Sequence record: SRR20825019_150 | Strand: one strand, 5' to 3' | DNA length: 39,721 bases | In this document: positions 28,392-37,960 of the stretch, in pieces | How positions within the stretch are numbered: the first letter of the stretch is position 1 | How the letters are laid out: each line of letters begins with the position of its first letter | Made by a program: the position numbers and the translations under genes | The notes under the pieces: model-generated | Seen by the model: only the letters and a program-made list of their open reading frames with translations | What the model was told of the DNA's origin: nothing | Database searches by the model: none

Positions 28392-28871
28392 GTGGGCCAT
28401 AAACATTCACACGATCATAGTGTTTGCATCGAAACTGCCTTGGCGGAGGCAGAACGCTTGTGCGCGGAGCGTGGCTCACGCTTTACCGACCTGCGCCGTC
28501 GTATCCTGAAGATGATCTGGCAAGGCCATAAGGCAGTGAAAGCCTATGACCTGCTTGACCAATTGGCGACCGAGGGTGGCTCTGCCAAGCCACCAACCGT
28601 ATACCGTGCGCTTGATTTCCTGATGGATGAGGGTCTTGTGCACAAGATCGAATCGCTCAACGCCTACATTGGTTGCCCGCATCCGGGGGACAATCATGTC
28701 AGCCAGTTCCTGATTTGTGACAAATGTGAAACCGTGCGTGAGGTAACAACCTCTGCCCTCAAAGAGGCTGTTTTATCTGCAGCGCAGGAGGCGAATTTCT
28801 CTATACGTCGCCAGACGCTTGAGCTGCACGGGGTTTGTGCCAATTGCAAGCAGGGGCGCGAAGCCGCTTAA
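28392..28871 (+). CDS. zur: Fur-family regulator, Zur type
   Basis: His-rich N-terminus HKHSHDH, AE.LC.ERG.RFT.LR, KAYDLL, KPPTVYRALDFL, HKIESLNAY.GC, and CxxC pairs ICDKC and VCANC. Confidence 0.85.
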   Translation: MGHKHSHDHSVCIETALAEAERLCAERGSRFTDLRRRILKMIWQGHKAVKAYDLLDQLATEGGSAKPPTVYRALDFLMDEGLVHKIESLNAYIGCPHPGDNHVSQFLICDKCETVREVTTSALKEAVLSAAQEANFSIRRQTLELHGVCANCKQGREAA

Positions 28872-28956
28872 TCACCTTTTGAGTGCTGGGGCTGTGGCTG
28901 CCGGGCTTCAAAATTTTCTAGTCTTTTCCTGAAGGCCCCTTTAAAGGGCATGCCTT

Positions 28957-31137
28957 ATGGCTGAACTTGCAGATATATTTGAGACCGCGCGCGAATTTTC
29001 CGAGCTTGCGCTTCATCAGCTTTCAAGCGGCGAGCTTGATGGGGCTGAGAAGACCATGCGCGCGGTGCTCCGCTTTGCGCCCACTCATGCCCCTGCGTGG
29101 CGGCTGTTGGGCGACATCCTGTCTGCAAGCCCCGGGCGGCGGGGCGAAGCCTCAAAAGCTTATGCCCGGGCGCTGGAGTTGGACCCTCGCGACACAGCGG
29201 CTGAAGGCGGCCAGTTCAGGCTTAGCGCGAGGGAGACCGCAGCACCGTATGAACGCCATATCGAGCGTGAGATGTTATTGCCGCATATGGCACCTGCTGA
29301 TGGCAAGGAAGTCGCCATAGCAGATGCACGCGCGGCAGAATCAGCAGAAAACTGGCGTGGTGCAAAACGCGCGTGGGAGCGTGTGCTTGAGATTGACCCA
29401 AGCGATACCTGGGCGTGGGCTCAGCTTGGGCACCTTCTGAGCGTCAACCTGCATGACTATGAAGGGGCTGAAAAAGCGTTCCGTACAGCGCTCGAAGAAG
29501 ACCCGACTGATGACTGGGCGTGGGGCAAGCTTGGTATCATGCTCGCTGATTTCCTTGGTAAGGTAGAAGAAGGGCAGGCCATGCTGCGCCATGCCATCAG
29601 CCTTGAGCCGGGTGAGTGTTATTATCACGGCTGGCTTGGCTGGTCCCTCTATCGCCAGAGCGAAGATTTTGAAGCCGCAGAAAAGGTGCTTGAGCAAGCT
29701 GTCAGGCTTTGGCCCGAATATCAGTGGGCCTATTTTCACCTCGGGTTTGTGCGCTACGCGATGGAAACCAAGCCGCGCGCGGCAGAGAAAGCTTTCATAG
29801 CTGCACTTGCGTTGGACCCCGACGACATCCCGACCCTCTATAATCTGGCCTGCCTTTATGATGAGCAGCTCGGGAACCCCAAAAAGGCACTGAAGTATTT
29901 TGCGGACGTGATTGAGCGTAACCATGCTGACGCCGCGAGTTTCAAGCGGCAGGCGATCCTGTACCACGAACATTTTGATGATGTGGAACAAGCGGCATTT
30001 CACTACGCGCGGGCTGTTGAGCGTGACCCGCTGGACGCCGATCTCAGGGTTCGTTTTGCGTGGTTGATGTGGGAGCGAATGGCGCGCACCGATGACGCGA
30101 TTGCACACCTGGAGAAAGCGATCGAGCTGACGCCGGATGACCCCTGGGCTTTAACCCATATGGCGCAGGCGCAGTATCACGGCCGCAGCGATATGGACGA
30201 GGGCAAACGGTACCTAAAGCAAGCGCTGAGTGTGGATGACAGTTTTGACTGGGCCCATGTGCTCTTGGGCTCACTGTTGTTTGACGAAGGCGAAGACCTG
30301 CCCTTGGCCGAGCATCACCTGCGTGAAGCCATCAAACTGAACCCTTCGCAAAGCTTTGCATGGTCGCGGCTTGGTCGCTTGCTGTTGGCGACTGAGGAAG
30401 ATACGCAAAGCGCATGGAATGCTCTCTTGCGGGCGGTTGAGCTTGCACCCGGCAATATGGACGCGGCGGCTGATCTGGTGTGGATGGGGCTTTACCGCCT
30501 GTTTCGCCCGGACCTGGTGGCACAGTACGCTGACCAGATTATTGCAAGTGATGACGCTGGCGCATTTGCGCTGGCCCTTGCGGCGCTCGTGAAACGTCAG
30601 CTTGGTCTTGAGACTGGTGATGTGATTGATGTTTTACGCCGCGCGATTGAGCTGGACGCTGAGGATCATTTTGTCTGGCACACCTATGGTGAGGTGCTGC
30701 TTTATGATCTGGCTGATGTGGAACCTGCAGAAGAGGCGCTCCTGCGCGCGCAAACCCTCGCGAACGACTGCAGCACGCTGGACTGCGACATCGCGCTTGT
30801 ACGCTACGTTCAAGGCCGTGTTGACGGTGCGCGGGCGCATTTTGAGCGGGCGCTCGAGCTTGATAGCGAAGTGAGCCTCGCCTGGCGGGCTTATGGCTGT
30901 TATCTGGCCTTTAGTGGTGGCGATGAGGCATTGACTGAGGAAGCGTTTGAACGCGCCGTTGAGCTTGAGCCGAAAAACTTTGAACCCTGGGCCGTTTATG
31001 CACTCTATCTGGCTGAGCAAGTTGGCCGCGAGGATGATGCGCGCATTGCCATGGAAAAGGCCCTCGAGATTGCTCCCTCGGGCCTTGATGTAGAAGATTG
31101 GGCGCGACGTTTTTACCGACCACTCGCGCTTGGGTAA
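28957..31137 (+). CDS. All-TPR protein (726 aa) with ~17 mostly 35-aa repeats
   Basis: Repeated units such as DTWAWAQLGHLLSVNLHDYEGAEKAFRTALEEDPT and DDWAWGKLGIMLADFLGKVEEGQAMLRHAISLEPG. No signal peptide or catalytic domain seen. Confidence 0.88.
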   Translation: MAELADIFETAREFSELALHQLSSGELDGAEKTMRAVLRFAPTHAPAWRLLGDILSASPGRRGEASKAYARALELDPRDTAAEGGQFRLSARETAAPYERHIEREMLLPHMAPADGKEVAIADARAAESAENWRGAKRAWERVLEIDPSDTWAWAQLGHLLSVNLHDYEGAEKAFRTALEEDPTDDWAWGKLGIMLADFLGKVEEGQAMLRHAISLEPGECYYHGWLGWSLYRQSEDFEAAEKVLEQAVRLWPEYQWAYFHLGFVRYAMETKPRAAEKAFIAALALDPDDIPTLYNLACLYDEQLGNPKKALKYFADVIERNHADAASFKRQAILYHEHFDDVEQAAFHYARAVERDPLDADLRVRFAWLMWERMARTDDAIAHLEKAIELTPDDPWALTHMAQAQYHGRSDMDEGKRYLKQALSVDDSFDWAHVLLGSLLFDEGEDLPLAEHHLREAIKLNPSQSFAWSRLGRLLLATEEDTQSAWNALLRAVELAPGNMDAAADLVWMGLYRLFRPDLVAQYADQIIASDDAGAFALALAALVKRQLGLETGDVIDVLRRAIELDAEDHFVWHTYGEVLLYDLADVEPAEEALLRAQTLANDCSTLDCDIALVRYVQGRVDGARAHFERALELDSEVSLAWRAYGCYLAFSGGDEALTEEAFERAVELEPKNFEPWAVYALYLAEQVGREDDARIAMEKALEIAPSGLDVEDWARRFYRPLALG

Positions 31138-31141
31138 GCCT

Positions 31142-31612
31142 TTATATGTGGCAGCTGGACATGCCACGTTTCAACAAATACTGCTGGTGATATTCTTCTG
31201 CGGGCCAAAAGGTCTGTACAGGTTCAATAAGAGTAACGATCTCACGTTTGAAACGACCTGATGCTGTCAGTTCTTCTTTTTTGCGCTGTGCAGCTTCCTT
31301 TTGTGCGTCATCTTCATAAAACACAACGGAGCGATACTGGGTGCCAACATCGGGGCCCTGACGGTTCAGCTCTGTCGGGTTGTGGTTATCAAAAAAGATG
31401 TCCACCAGCGTGTCAAAGTCCAAGCGGGCAGGGTCGTATTCTACCTGCACAACTTCAGCATGGCCTGTCTTGTCGGTGCATACTTCCTGGTAGGTAGGGT
31501 TGTCCTTTGCCCCGCCCATATAGCCAACAGCCGTGTTGAGCACGCCTTCTGTTGTGCGGAAAGTTTCTTCAACTCCCCAAAAACAGCCAGCACCAAATGT
31601 TGCGATTGCCAT
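31142..31612 (-). CDS. msrA: Peptide-methionine (S)-S-oxide reductase
   Basis: ATFGAGCFWGVE, VGYMGG, PTYQEVC, GHAEVV, RQGPDVGTQYRS and AEEYHQQY. Start MAIATF at 31612. Confidence 0.97.
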   Translation of the reverse strand: MAIATFGAGCFWGVEETFRTTEGVLNTAVGYMGGAKDNPTYQEVCTDKTGHAEVVQVEYDPARLDFDTLVDIFFDNHNPTELNRQGPDVGTQYRSVVFYEDDAQKEAAQRKKEELTASGRFKREIVTLIEPVQTFWPAEEYHQQYLLKRGMSSCHI

Positions 31613-31729
31613 GATCTTGTCTCTTTTATGCTTAGAGTTACACACAAACCGTATTGGGTGCGAATATGTGGTTGCACCGTGCACTTGTCGAGGGGCAATA
31701 TGGTAAAAATCACGTGTTGGAGGTTGGGT

Positions 31730-32089
31730 GTGACAAGATTTTTAAAAGCAGCTGCGGCTTCGGTACTGTTTATGGCAAGCGGTGCCGCGCTCGCGCAGCA
31801 GAGTGAAATTCCGGCGGATCTGCTGGCGCTCGATTTCCAGCGTTGCATGAAAGACTGTGAACCTGGCTTTGGTAAAGAGACCTGTACACCGCTTTGCAAT
31901 TGCACTGTGGATGAATTCAAGAAACAGCTGGATTTCAGTAAATATCTTGACCTGTCGGCAGAGCTTTCACGTGGTGAGCTTTCTGCCAGCAACCGCTCAT
32001 TGCTGGATGGTATCGCAAACTATTGCGCATCCCAGCTTGAGAAGAGCGGTGTGAAAGTGGGGAGCGGGGACGCTACCCAAAGCAATTGA
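31730..32089 (+). CDS. Small secreted six-cysteine hypothetical protein (119 aa)
   Basis: GTG 6 nt after GGAGG; signal peptide MTRFLKAAAASVLFMASGAALA; C-x3-C-x8-C-x3-C-x-C...C pattern. Confidence 0.75.
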   Translation: MTRFLKAAAASVLFMASGAALAQQSEIPADLLALDFQRCMKDCEPGFGKETCTPLCNCTVDEFKKQLDFSKYLDLSAELSRGELSASNRSLLDGIANYCASQLEKSGVKVGSGDATQSN

Positions 32090-32109
32090 GGTTCTAACCC
32101 CTGATAGGC

Positions 32110-32481
32110 TCAGTCTTTAATGGGGCGGGGGCGGCCATCTTTATTAATGGCAACAAAGATGTAACGAGCTTCCGTCACTTGATGGAGGCTGCGTTCCAGC
32201 CCGCGCTCGGCAAAAACCTCGATTTTCACAGTGATGGAGGTACGGCCAACCTTTTCGATATCCGTATAGATGCTGATCACATCACCAAGCTCAATCGGGC
32301 GATGAAACTTCATGCCTTCAATCGCGACTGTAGCCACAGCACCCTGCGCAAGCCTGCTGGCGGCATCTGCACCGGCAAGGTCCATCTGTGAAAGCACCCA
32401 ACCACCAAAGATGTTGCCGTTTACGTTAAGGTCAGACGGCTGCGGGATGGTGCGGATGGTGGCGCGGCGATGTTCGCTCAT
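32110..32481 (-). CDS. Acyl-CoA thioesterase (YciA-like hotdog fold)
   Basis: P.DLN.NGNIFGGWVLSQMDLAG, ATVAI..M.F..PI, VGRTSI and FVAI...GRPR. Confidence 0.93.
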   Translation of the reverse strand: MSEHRRATIRTIPQPSDLNVNGNIFGGWVLSQMDLAGADAASRLAQGAVATVAIEGMKFHRPIELGDVISIYTDIEKVGRTSITVKIEVFAERGLERSLHQVTEARYIFVAINKDGRPRPIKD

Positions 32482-33650
32482 GCTTCGGTCTTTCCGGTGG
32501 TTTCTGAAATGGTGTTGTGGATAGGGGCAATTTCTATATCGCCCGGCATGGCCTCAAGATACAGAGAGCGACTTGGGAAAGCAAAGCCTGTTCCGGCATT
32601 TTCGACAATACGTTTTATCTCAAGCAGAAGCTTTTCCTTAATCTCCAGCCATTCCAGCCAATTTGTGGTGCGGGTGAAACAATAGAGCAGAACATCGATT
32701 GAGCTGCCGCTGAAGGCGTCAATACGTACGAAGGTCGCGGTTTCCTCCGGCTGCACAAAATCCTCGTTCTCAAGCAGGTATTTTTCAATGCCGTCACGAA
32801 CTTCCTGAAGCTGGGTAGATGTGGAGCGATACTCAAGCCCGATCACCCATTTGATTCGGCGAAATGTCATACGGGAGAAGTTAGTGACAGCCTGGTCAGA
32901 CAGTTTGGCGTTGGGTACAAAAACCGGGGCTTTGTCAAAACGGCGCACAGTGGTAGTGCGAAAACCAATCTGTTCAACAGTGCCTTCAACCACACCGTCT
33001 ACCAAAATCCAGTCACCTGGGTGGAAGCGGCGTTCACCAATAACAAAAAGCCCGGAGATCAGGTTTTTAAACAGGTCTTGCGCGCCAAGGGCAACCGCAA
33101 CACCAAATAGGCCGAGGCCAGCAATCAGTGGCCCGACTTCAATACCCCATATCTCCAGAATAGCAGCGGCGCCAATAAGCGCAAAAGCGATGCGGATGGC
33201 TTTTGATAGCCAGATGATCATGGCTTCGGTGAGGAAGCGGTCCGCACGTTGCAGTAGTTGCCCTACTGGTCCAGACGCGCGGTAAAGTGCCCAGAAGATC
33301 ACGAAAGCGATAAGGGAACGATTGAGCTTTGACGCGAGTGCCGCGCTCTCCGGATCCAGCTCCAGATAGGCTGTCGCGAAAAAGATGCCAAGAACAACGG
33401 GAATGAAGCGGACAGGCCCTTCCACAGCGGCAACGATCGAATCGTCCACGCTCGTGTTGGTGCGTTTGGCCCAGGCCACAAGCCGGTTCAGCATGAAGCG
33501 TGTCATCAGGTTGCGAAGTATGAGGAACAGGATGAAGATGCCGACAGCAACAACGATCTGGCCAACATCGATGCCAAGCAGGCCGTTCTTCCAGACATCC
33601 TTTACAAGGCTTAAAAATTCTTCCCAGTCTTCAAACTTCACGCTGTGCAC
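32478..33650 (-). CDS. MscS family mechanosensitive channel (YnaI-like)
   Basis: Several TM helices, LIAGLG..GVAVALGAQD..KN, F.PGDWI, EGTVE.IGFRTT.VR.FD and VPNA. Confidence 0.93.
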   Translation of the reverse strand: MHSVKFEDWEEFLSLVKDVWKNGLLGIDVGQIVVAVGIFILFLILRNLMTRFMLNRLVAWAKRTNTSVDDSIVAAVEGPVRFIPVVLGIFFATAYLELDPESAALASKLNRSLIAFVIFWALYRASGPVGQLLQRADRFLTEAMIIWLSKAIRIAFALIGAAAILEIWGIEVGPLIAGLGLFGVAVALGAQDLFKNLISGLFVIGERRFHPGDWILVDGVVEGTVEQIGFRTTTVRRFDKAPVFVPNAKLSDQAVTNFSRMTFRRIKWVIGLEYRSTSTQLQEVRDGIEKYLLENEDFVQPEETATFVRIDAFSGSSIDVLLYCFTRTTNWLEWLEIKEKLLLEIKRIVENAGTGFAFPSRSLYLEAMPGDIEIAPIHNTISETTGKTEA

Positions 33651-33662
33651 CTGCTTTGTTGT

Positions 33663-33920
33663 TTACTGCTCTTTATCTGTATCGTCGTCATGGCGATAGA
33701 GATGATGGACCTGCTCGTCATGGCCATGCTTGTTACTGAAAAACAAGAGCGCCATCAGCCCAAATCCAATAACCAAGGTGAAAAAGAGACCAATGACCAT
33801 GGCAGTGACACCATGCCCGGAAAGCGTGACGCCTTCAATCTTGCCAAAAACATATAGTGCCCAATAGGCTACAAGACCAAGGGCAACAAATGCTGCCAAA
33901 AAGGTGATGATGTTTTTCAT
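33663..33920 (-). CDS. Small two-TM hypothetical membrane protein
   Basis: Two hydrophobic helices, HG..AM..G......GLMAL.F.S.K.GHDE pattern, and a His/Asp-rich tail. Confidence 0.75.
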   Translation of the reverse strand: MKNIITFLAAFVALGLVAYWALYVFGKIEGVTLSGHGVTAMVIGLFFTLVIGFGLMALLFFSNKHGHDEQVHHLYRHDDDTDKEQ

Positions 33921-33950
33921 GCTGACTTCCTAACGGATTAACTGCACTCG

Positions 33951-34730
33951 TTAACTGCGTTGGGCGTCAAGTGCGTCGCGAATCTCTCTGATCAACTCGG
34001 CATTTGCGCCCATATTGGGCGTACCGAGCCTTGAGACAGCTCTAATGTCAAGAATTGCCGATGCGGCGTTTCCGCGCACGCGGCAGGATATGATGCCGTC
34101 AAAACCGAACCAGATGGTGTGATAACGTGCCTCAATATGGCCTGTGTTGGTGTTTGAGGCGACTATATCTAAGCCCTTGTCAGCCAGAATGCCAGCGAGG
34201 TCCTGGGTGGCTTCCTCAACCGTGCCGGAAAGCGTGATGGGCAGCAGATCGCCATAGGCCCGCTTGTGCTGGGCTTGATATGTTGTGGCGTTGAGCGAGA
34301 ATCCGTCCTCTGTCGGTGCTGATAGCGTAATGAACGAAGGGGGGGCTTCTAGATTTGTGCTGACATCATAAAGCGCGCCGGTAATTTCGATCCGTGTTTC
34401 CAGGGTCCAGACGACATACCCCAACGCCGCCACGATAATGGCCGCAACAACGCCGCGCCAGCTAGTTCGCACCCGTGGGCTGGTTTGACCATGGATGATG
34501 CCGGCCACGGTGAACCCCGCAGCCACCAGCACAAGCCGGGTTGCGACATGCAGTATCTTGTTCCGCATCTCCATGTCAGACGGGTCAAGAAGATCGGGGC
34601 CAAGGAATTCCAGCTGATAGGCAGGGCCCGCAACGATGAGAGCGAGGCCTGCGAGGCAAACGGTAAGAAAGCCAAGCGTCGAGAAAATCGACGGTCGCCG
34701 TTCGCCCTTCTTAAAAAATATCCGTGACAT
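33951..34730 (-). CDS. DUF1499-like membrane protein
   Basis: Three N-terminal TM helices, DVSTNL..PP.F, AYGDL.PI, GHIEA...T.WFGF, and LDIRAVSR.G..NMGANA..IR. Confidence 0.75.
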   Translation of the reverse strand: MSRIFFKKGERRPSIFSTLGFLTVCLAGLALIVAGPAYQLEFLGPDLLDPSDMEMRNKILHVATRLVLVAAGFTVAGIIHGQTSPRVRTSWRGVVAAIIVAALGYVVWTLETRIEITGALYDVSTNLEAPPSFITLSAPTEDGFSLNATTYQAQHKRAYGDLLPITLSGTVEEATQDLAGILADKGLDIVASNTNTGHIEARYHTIWFGFDGIISCRVRGNAASAILDIRAVSRLGTPNMGANAELIREIRDALDAQRS

Positions 34731-34972
34731 GCGTTATACGTTCCCCCGTACTCGTGCTTTGTCCGCTGCCCTTTTGAAATTGCCCCGGTACGTTGTAACG
34801 CAACGAACAAGCGAGGGGAAGGGGGCCAAGCTATAGTTTTTGAAGGATAATCCCCGGTCTTGGTGCGCTTGTCTTTGCTTCATGCGTCAAAAAAAGGCAT
34901 ACTATGATCAGTGTTTTGAGCCCAACCGCAAGCCACGGCGCGGGTCGCTGCGCCCTTTAAGAGGAGACGCGT

Positions 34973-35401
34973 ATGAATGTCGGTAGAATTCTGGACCAGA
35001 AAGGCAGCGACGTCATCGCACAGGAGGCCGGATGCACGGTTCTTGAGGTTGCCAAACTTCTCGGTGAGCGCCGCATCGGTGCGGTACCTGTTACCAAAGG
35101 TGGAAAGCTGGTTGGCATTATCTCAGAGCGGGATGTGATGCGCGGTCTTGCCATTCGCGGTGGTGGTGTACTCGCTGACGACATTTCCACATTGATGACC
35201 AAATCGGTTTTCACGTGTTCACGCGACGATACGGTAGGGCACCTTATGGCGATGATGACGGAACGGCGTATCCGTCATGTTCCGGTGCTTGAGAAGGGTG
35301 AGCTTGTTGGCATGATCTCGATTGGTGACGTTGTGAAGGAACGCATGCAGGAAACCGAGCAGGAAGCCGCTGCGCTCAAAGATTATATTGCCAGCGCCTA
35401 G
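34973..35401 (+). CDS. CBS domain pair protein
   Basis: IL..KG.DV, RIGAVPV, LVGIISERDV, MTERRIRHVPV and GMISIGDVVK; SD GAGGAG. Confidence 0.93.
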   Translation: MNVGRILDQKGSDVIAQEAGCTVLEVAKLLGERRIGAVPVTKGGKLVGIISERDVMRGLAIRGGGVLADDISTLMTKSVFTCSRDDTVGHLMAMMTERRIRHVPVLEKGELVGMISIGDVVKERMQETEQEAAALKDYIASA

Positions 35402-35409
35402 GCGGGCAT

Positions 35410-36612
35410 TCAGTCGCGCGCGAGTAGTTGGTTGTATATGCCCTCATAATGGGCGACGCTCGCGTGCCAGTTACGCACATTCTCAACATAATGCCGCCCA
35501 GCCTCATGGTATGCGAGCCAGCTTTCGCGCTCTCCCATCAGCTGTGAACAGACGTTAACAAGGTCGTCTTGATCATCAGCTTTGAAAAGTCGCCCGGTTT
35601 TGCCGTCTTCAATAAGCTCGCGGTGACCGCCAATGTCGGATGCCAGCACCAGCTTTTTGAGCGCCATGGCCTCCAGTGGTTTAAGGGGCGTAACCGTTTC
35701 TGTCAGGCGCATGGAATGGCGCGGATACACCATAATATCGGCAACACTATAATACCGGCGCACGTCCTCATGTGGCACGCGACCGGTGAAGATCACATCC
35801 TTTTCCAGCCCCAGTTCCTTGACGGCCGCGCGCATGCGGTCTTCGGCCGGGCCACCTCCCACCAGCAAAAGTGCCGCGTCGGGCCTGCGCGCTTTCAGCG
35901 CAGGGAAGGCTTTGATAAGGAAGGCAAGCCCTTCATATCCGTAAAAGGAGCCAATAAAACCAAGCACGGTTTTGTCGGCCAGGCCAAGGCTGGCCTTAAG
36001 CGGCTCGTCACAGGCCTCAATGGGCGGGAAATTGTCTACATTTACCGCATTGGGGATGATGGTAACCTTATCTGCTGCCACGCCGCGGCCAATAATATCC
36101 TGCCTCAGGCCATCGCATATTGTGGTGACATGGTCGGCGCGCTTTATCGCACGTGTCTCAAGTGCGCGGCTAAGCCGGTATCGCAGGCTGCCTTCCTTGG
36201 TGGTGCCGTGGTCTACGGCGGCATCCTCCCAAAACGCGCGAATCTCGTACACTACAGGGCGATTGCCTGCCGCAGCTTTCGCCGGGAAGAAATTGAGAAC
36301 CGGTGAATGCGCATGCAAGATGTCCGGGTTTATTTCTCGCACAAGGTCCCGCAGGTGGGTGGTTGTGATTCTGGTTTCAAGCCATTCCCTGAGCCCAGCA
36401 GGAGCCCATGACTTTGGCCCATGGTTTGGGGTGCGATAAATTTGCCAGTCACCAATTTCTTCTTGCGTCTCATCTCCGGCGCCATGGCGAGGTGTGGTCA
36501 CCAGCACAGGTTCCCAACCCCTGGCGCGCTGCTCCGCCACAATAGACATGGTACGAAACACATAGCCGCTTTGTTTCGGCAGTGAATGGTCAAGGACGTG
36601 CAGTATGCGCAT
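35410..36612 (-). CDS. GT4 glycosyltransferase resembling the PEP-CTERM/exosortase A-associated family (TIGR04063-like)
   Basis: MRILHVLDHSLP..SGY.FRT, LHAHSPVLN, YEIRAFWEDAAVDHG, GFIGSFY.YEGL, TETVTPLKPLEAMA and SDIGGHRELI. The subfamily call is from recognition, not an HMM search. Confidence 0.85.
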   Translation of the reverse strand: MRILHVLDHSLPKQSGYVFRTMSIVAEQRARGWEPVLVTTPRHGAGDETQEEIGDWQIYRTPNHGPKSWAPAGLREWLETRITTTHLRDLVREINPDILHAHSPVLNFFPAKAAAGNRPVVYEIRAFWEDAAVDHGTTKEGSLRYRLSRALETRAIKRADHVTTICDGLRQDIIGRGVAADKVTIIPNAVNVDNFPPIEACDEPLKASLGLADKTVLGFIGSFYGYEGLAFLIKAFPALKARRPDAALLLVGGGPAEDRMRAAVKELGLEKDVIFTGRVPHEDVRRYYSVADIMVYPRHSMRLTETVTPLKPLEAMALKKLVLASDIGGHRELIEDGKTGRLFKADDQDDLVNVCSQLMGERESWLAYHEAGRHYVENVRNWHASVAHYEGIYNQLLARD

Positions 36613-36623
36613 GAGCCGTGTTC

Positions 36624-37646
36624 CTAATGGTTGATTCTGTGGCTGATGATGGCGAGTGCGTCTTTGATCTGGGGCAGGGCGAGGTCAAACGCGGCAGTCC
36701 CTTCGTCAATCAGCTCAGAAGCACGGTGAAACTCCATCAAGCCGATATGGCCTACCCTCGGGCTGATGGAAACATCCGGTGGGTCACCGGCCAGGCGGGA
36801 ACGGGATAGCCGGTTCTGCATGATGTTAAGGCTGGCCATGAGGTTGGCGAACAGGCTGGGTGCGTCCTTCTTGTGGCCGAATATTTTGCGAAACACGGAT
36901 GACTTTTGGGTGTTGACAAGCATGGCTGCGCGGTCGTCTGTGTCCGCGAACACGCCATAGTCATCGCTTCTAAGCGCGCCATCAGCTTGCGCGCGTCTGC
37001 GGCCGTAAAGGTCCTCCGCCAAATTAACGGCAATAACAATTTCGCAGCCTGCTGCCCGGCACACGGAAACGGGCACGGGGTTTACAAGTGCACCGTCTAC
37101 CAGCCAGCGGCCATCAAGCTTTCTGGGCTCAAAAATACCGGGTATAGCGAAGCTCGCGCGAATAGCATCTGACATATCGCCGCTATCGAGCCATATCTCG
37201 TGGCCGCTCTTCAGTTCGCAGGCCACAGCGGTAAACGGTGTTTTAAGGTCAGAGAAAGCCACATTGCCAAAACGGTCGTCCATCAGGCGGTTCAGCTTGT
37301 CGCTACCAAAAAGCCCGCCGCCAAGGCGTAGGTCCAGCAGGCGAAAGAAATTATACTCCCTCAGGCCGCGCGCCCACTCTTCGATTTCATCCAGACTGTC
37401 GCTCGCATAAGCGCCGCCAACAACCGCACCGATGGAGGTGCCGGCGACCATATCAACGGGGATGCCTTCTTCACGCAGACGCCGGAGCACGCCAATATGG
37501 GACCAGCCCCGCGCCACACCCGCTCCAAGCGCCAGGCCAATCTTTGGCCGCCGGGCCGCAGGCTTGTTGCTTTCAGGTGCAGAGCTGTTTTCTGCGGCGG
37601 GTGTTTCAGGTGCGCGTTTTTTATCGCCTTTTAGAAGTCCAAGCAT
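36624..37646 (-). CDS. Patatin-like phospholipase (RssA-like)
   Basis: LALGAGVARG..HIG, catalytic GTSIG, LVDGA..NPVP and AVNL. Start likely ATG 37646 (the ORF is open to 37682). Confidence 0.92.
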   Translation of the reverse strand: MLGLLKGDKKRAPETPAAENSSAPESNKPAARRPKIGLALGAGVARGWSHIGVLRRLREEGIPVDMVAGTSIGAVVGGAYASDSLDEIEEWARGLREYNFFRLLDLRLGGGLFGSDKLNRLMDDRFGNVAFSDLKTPFTAVACELKSGHEIWLDSGDMSDAIRASFAIPGIFEPRKLDGRWLVDGALVNPVPVSVCRAAGCEIVIAVNLAEDLYGRRRAQADGALRSDDYGVFADTDDRAAMLVNTQKSSVFRKIFGHKKDAPSLFANLMASLNIMQNRLSRSRLAGDPPDVSISPRVGHIGLMEFHRASELIDEGTAAFDLALPQIKDALAIISHRINH

Positions 37647-37738
37647 ATTACAGAGGTCGTCCTTGAAAATGAATGTGCTCAACTTGCTGCATTATGGCCC
37701 GTGTGTGCAAGGGGCAAGCAGCATTACGCATGTTGAAG

Positions 37739-37945
37739 TTACTCTTTTTCAAAACCAAGGATATCGCCCGGTTGGCATTCCAGATAGTCACAGATGGCTT
37801 CAAGGGTCGAGAAGCGCACCCCCTTCACCTTGCCTGACTTAAGCAGGCTTAAGTTGGCTTCGGTGATGCCCACATGCGCGGCGAGATCCTTCGACTTCAC
37901 CTTGCGTTCAGCAAGGACCACATCAAGTCTTACTGTAATTGGCAT
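37739..37945 (-). CDS. XRE/Cro-CI HTH regulator (YozG-like)
   Basis: MPI.VRLDV.LA.RK...DLA..VGITEANLSLLKSGKVKGVRFSTLEAIC.YL.CQPGDIL. Confidence 0.95.
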   Translation of the reverse strand: MPITVRLDVVLAERKVKSKDLAAHVGITEANLSLLKSGKVKGVRFSTLEAICDYLECQPGDILGFEKE

Positions 37946-37960
37946 GGTCGCGGCCCCTGT

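Noticed and set aside
36624..37646. Patatin as a CBASS CapV-type effector
   Set aside because: Its sequence is of the housekeeping RssA type (LALGAGVARG..HIG), and no CD-NTase or other defence gene is adjacent.
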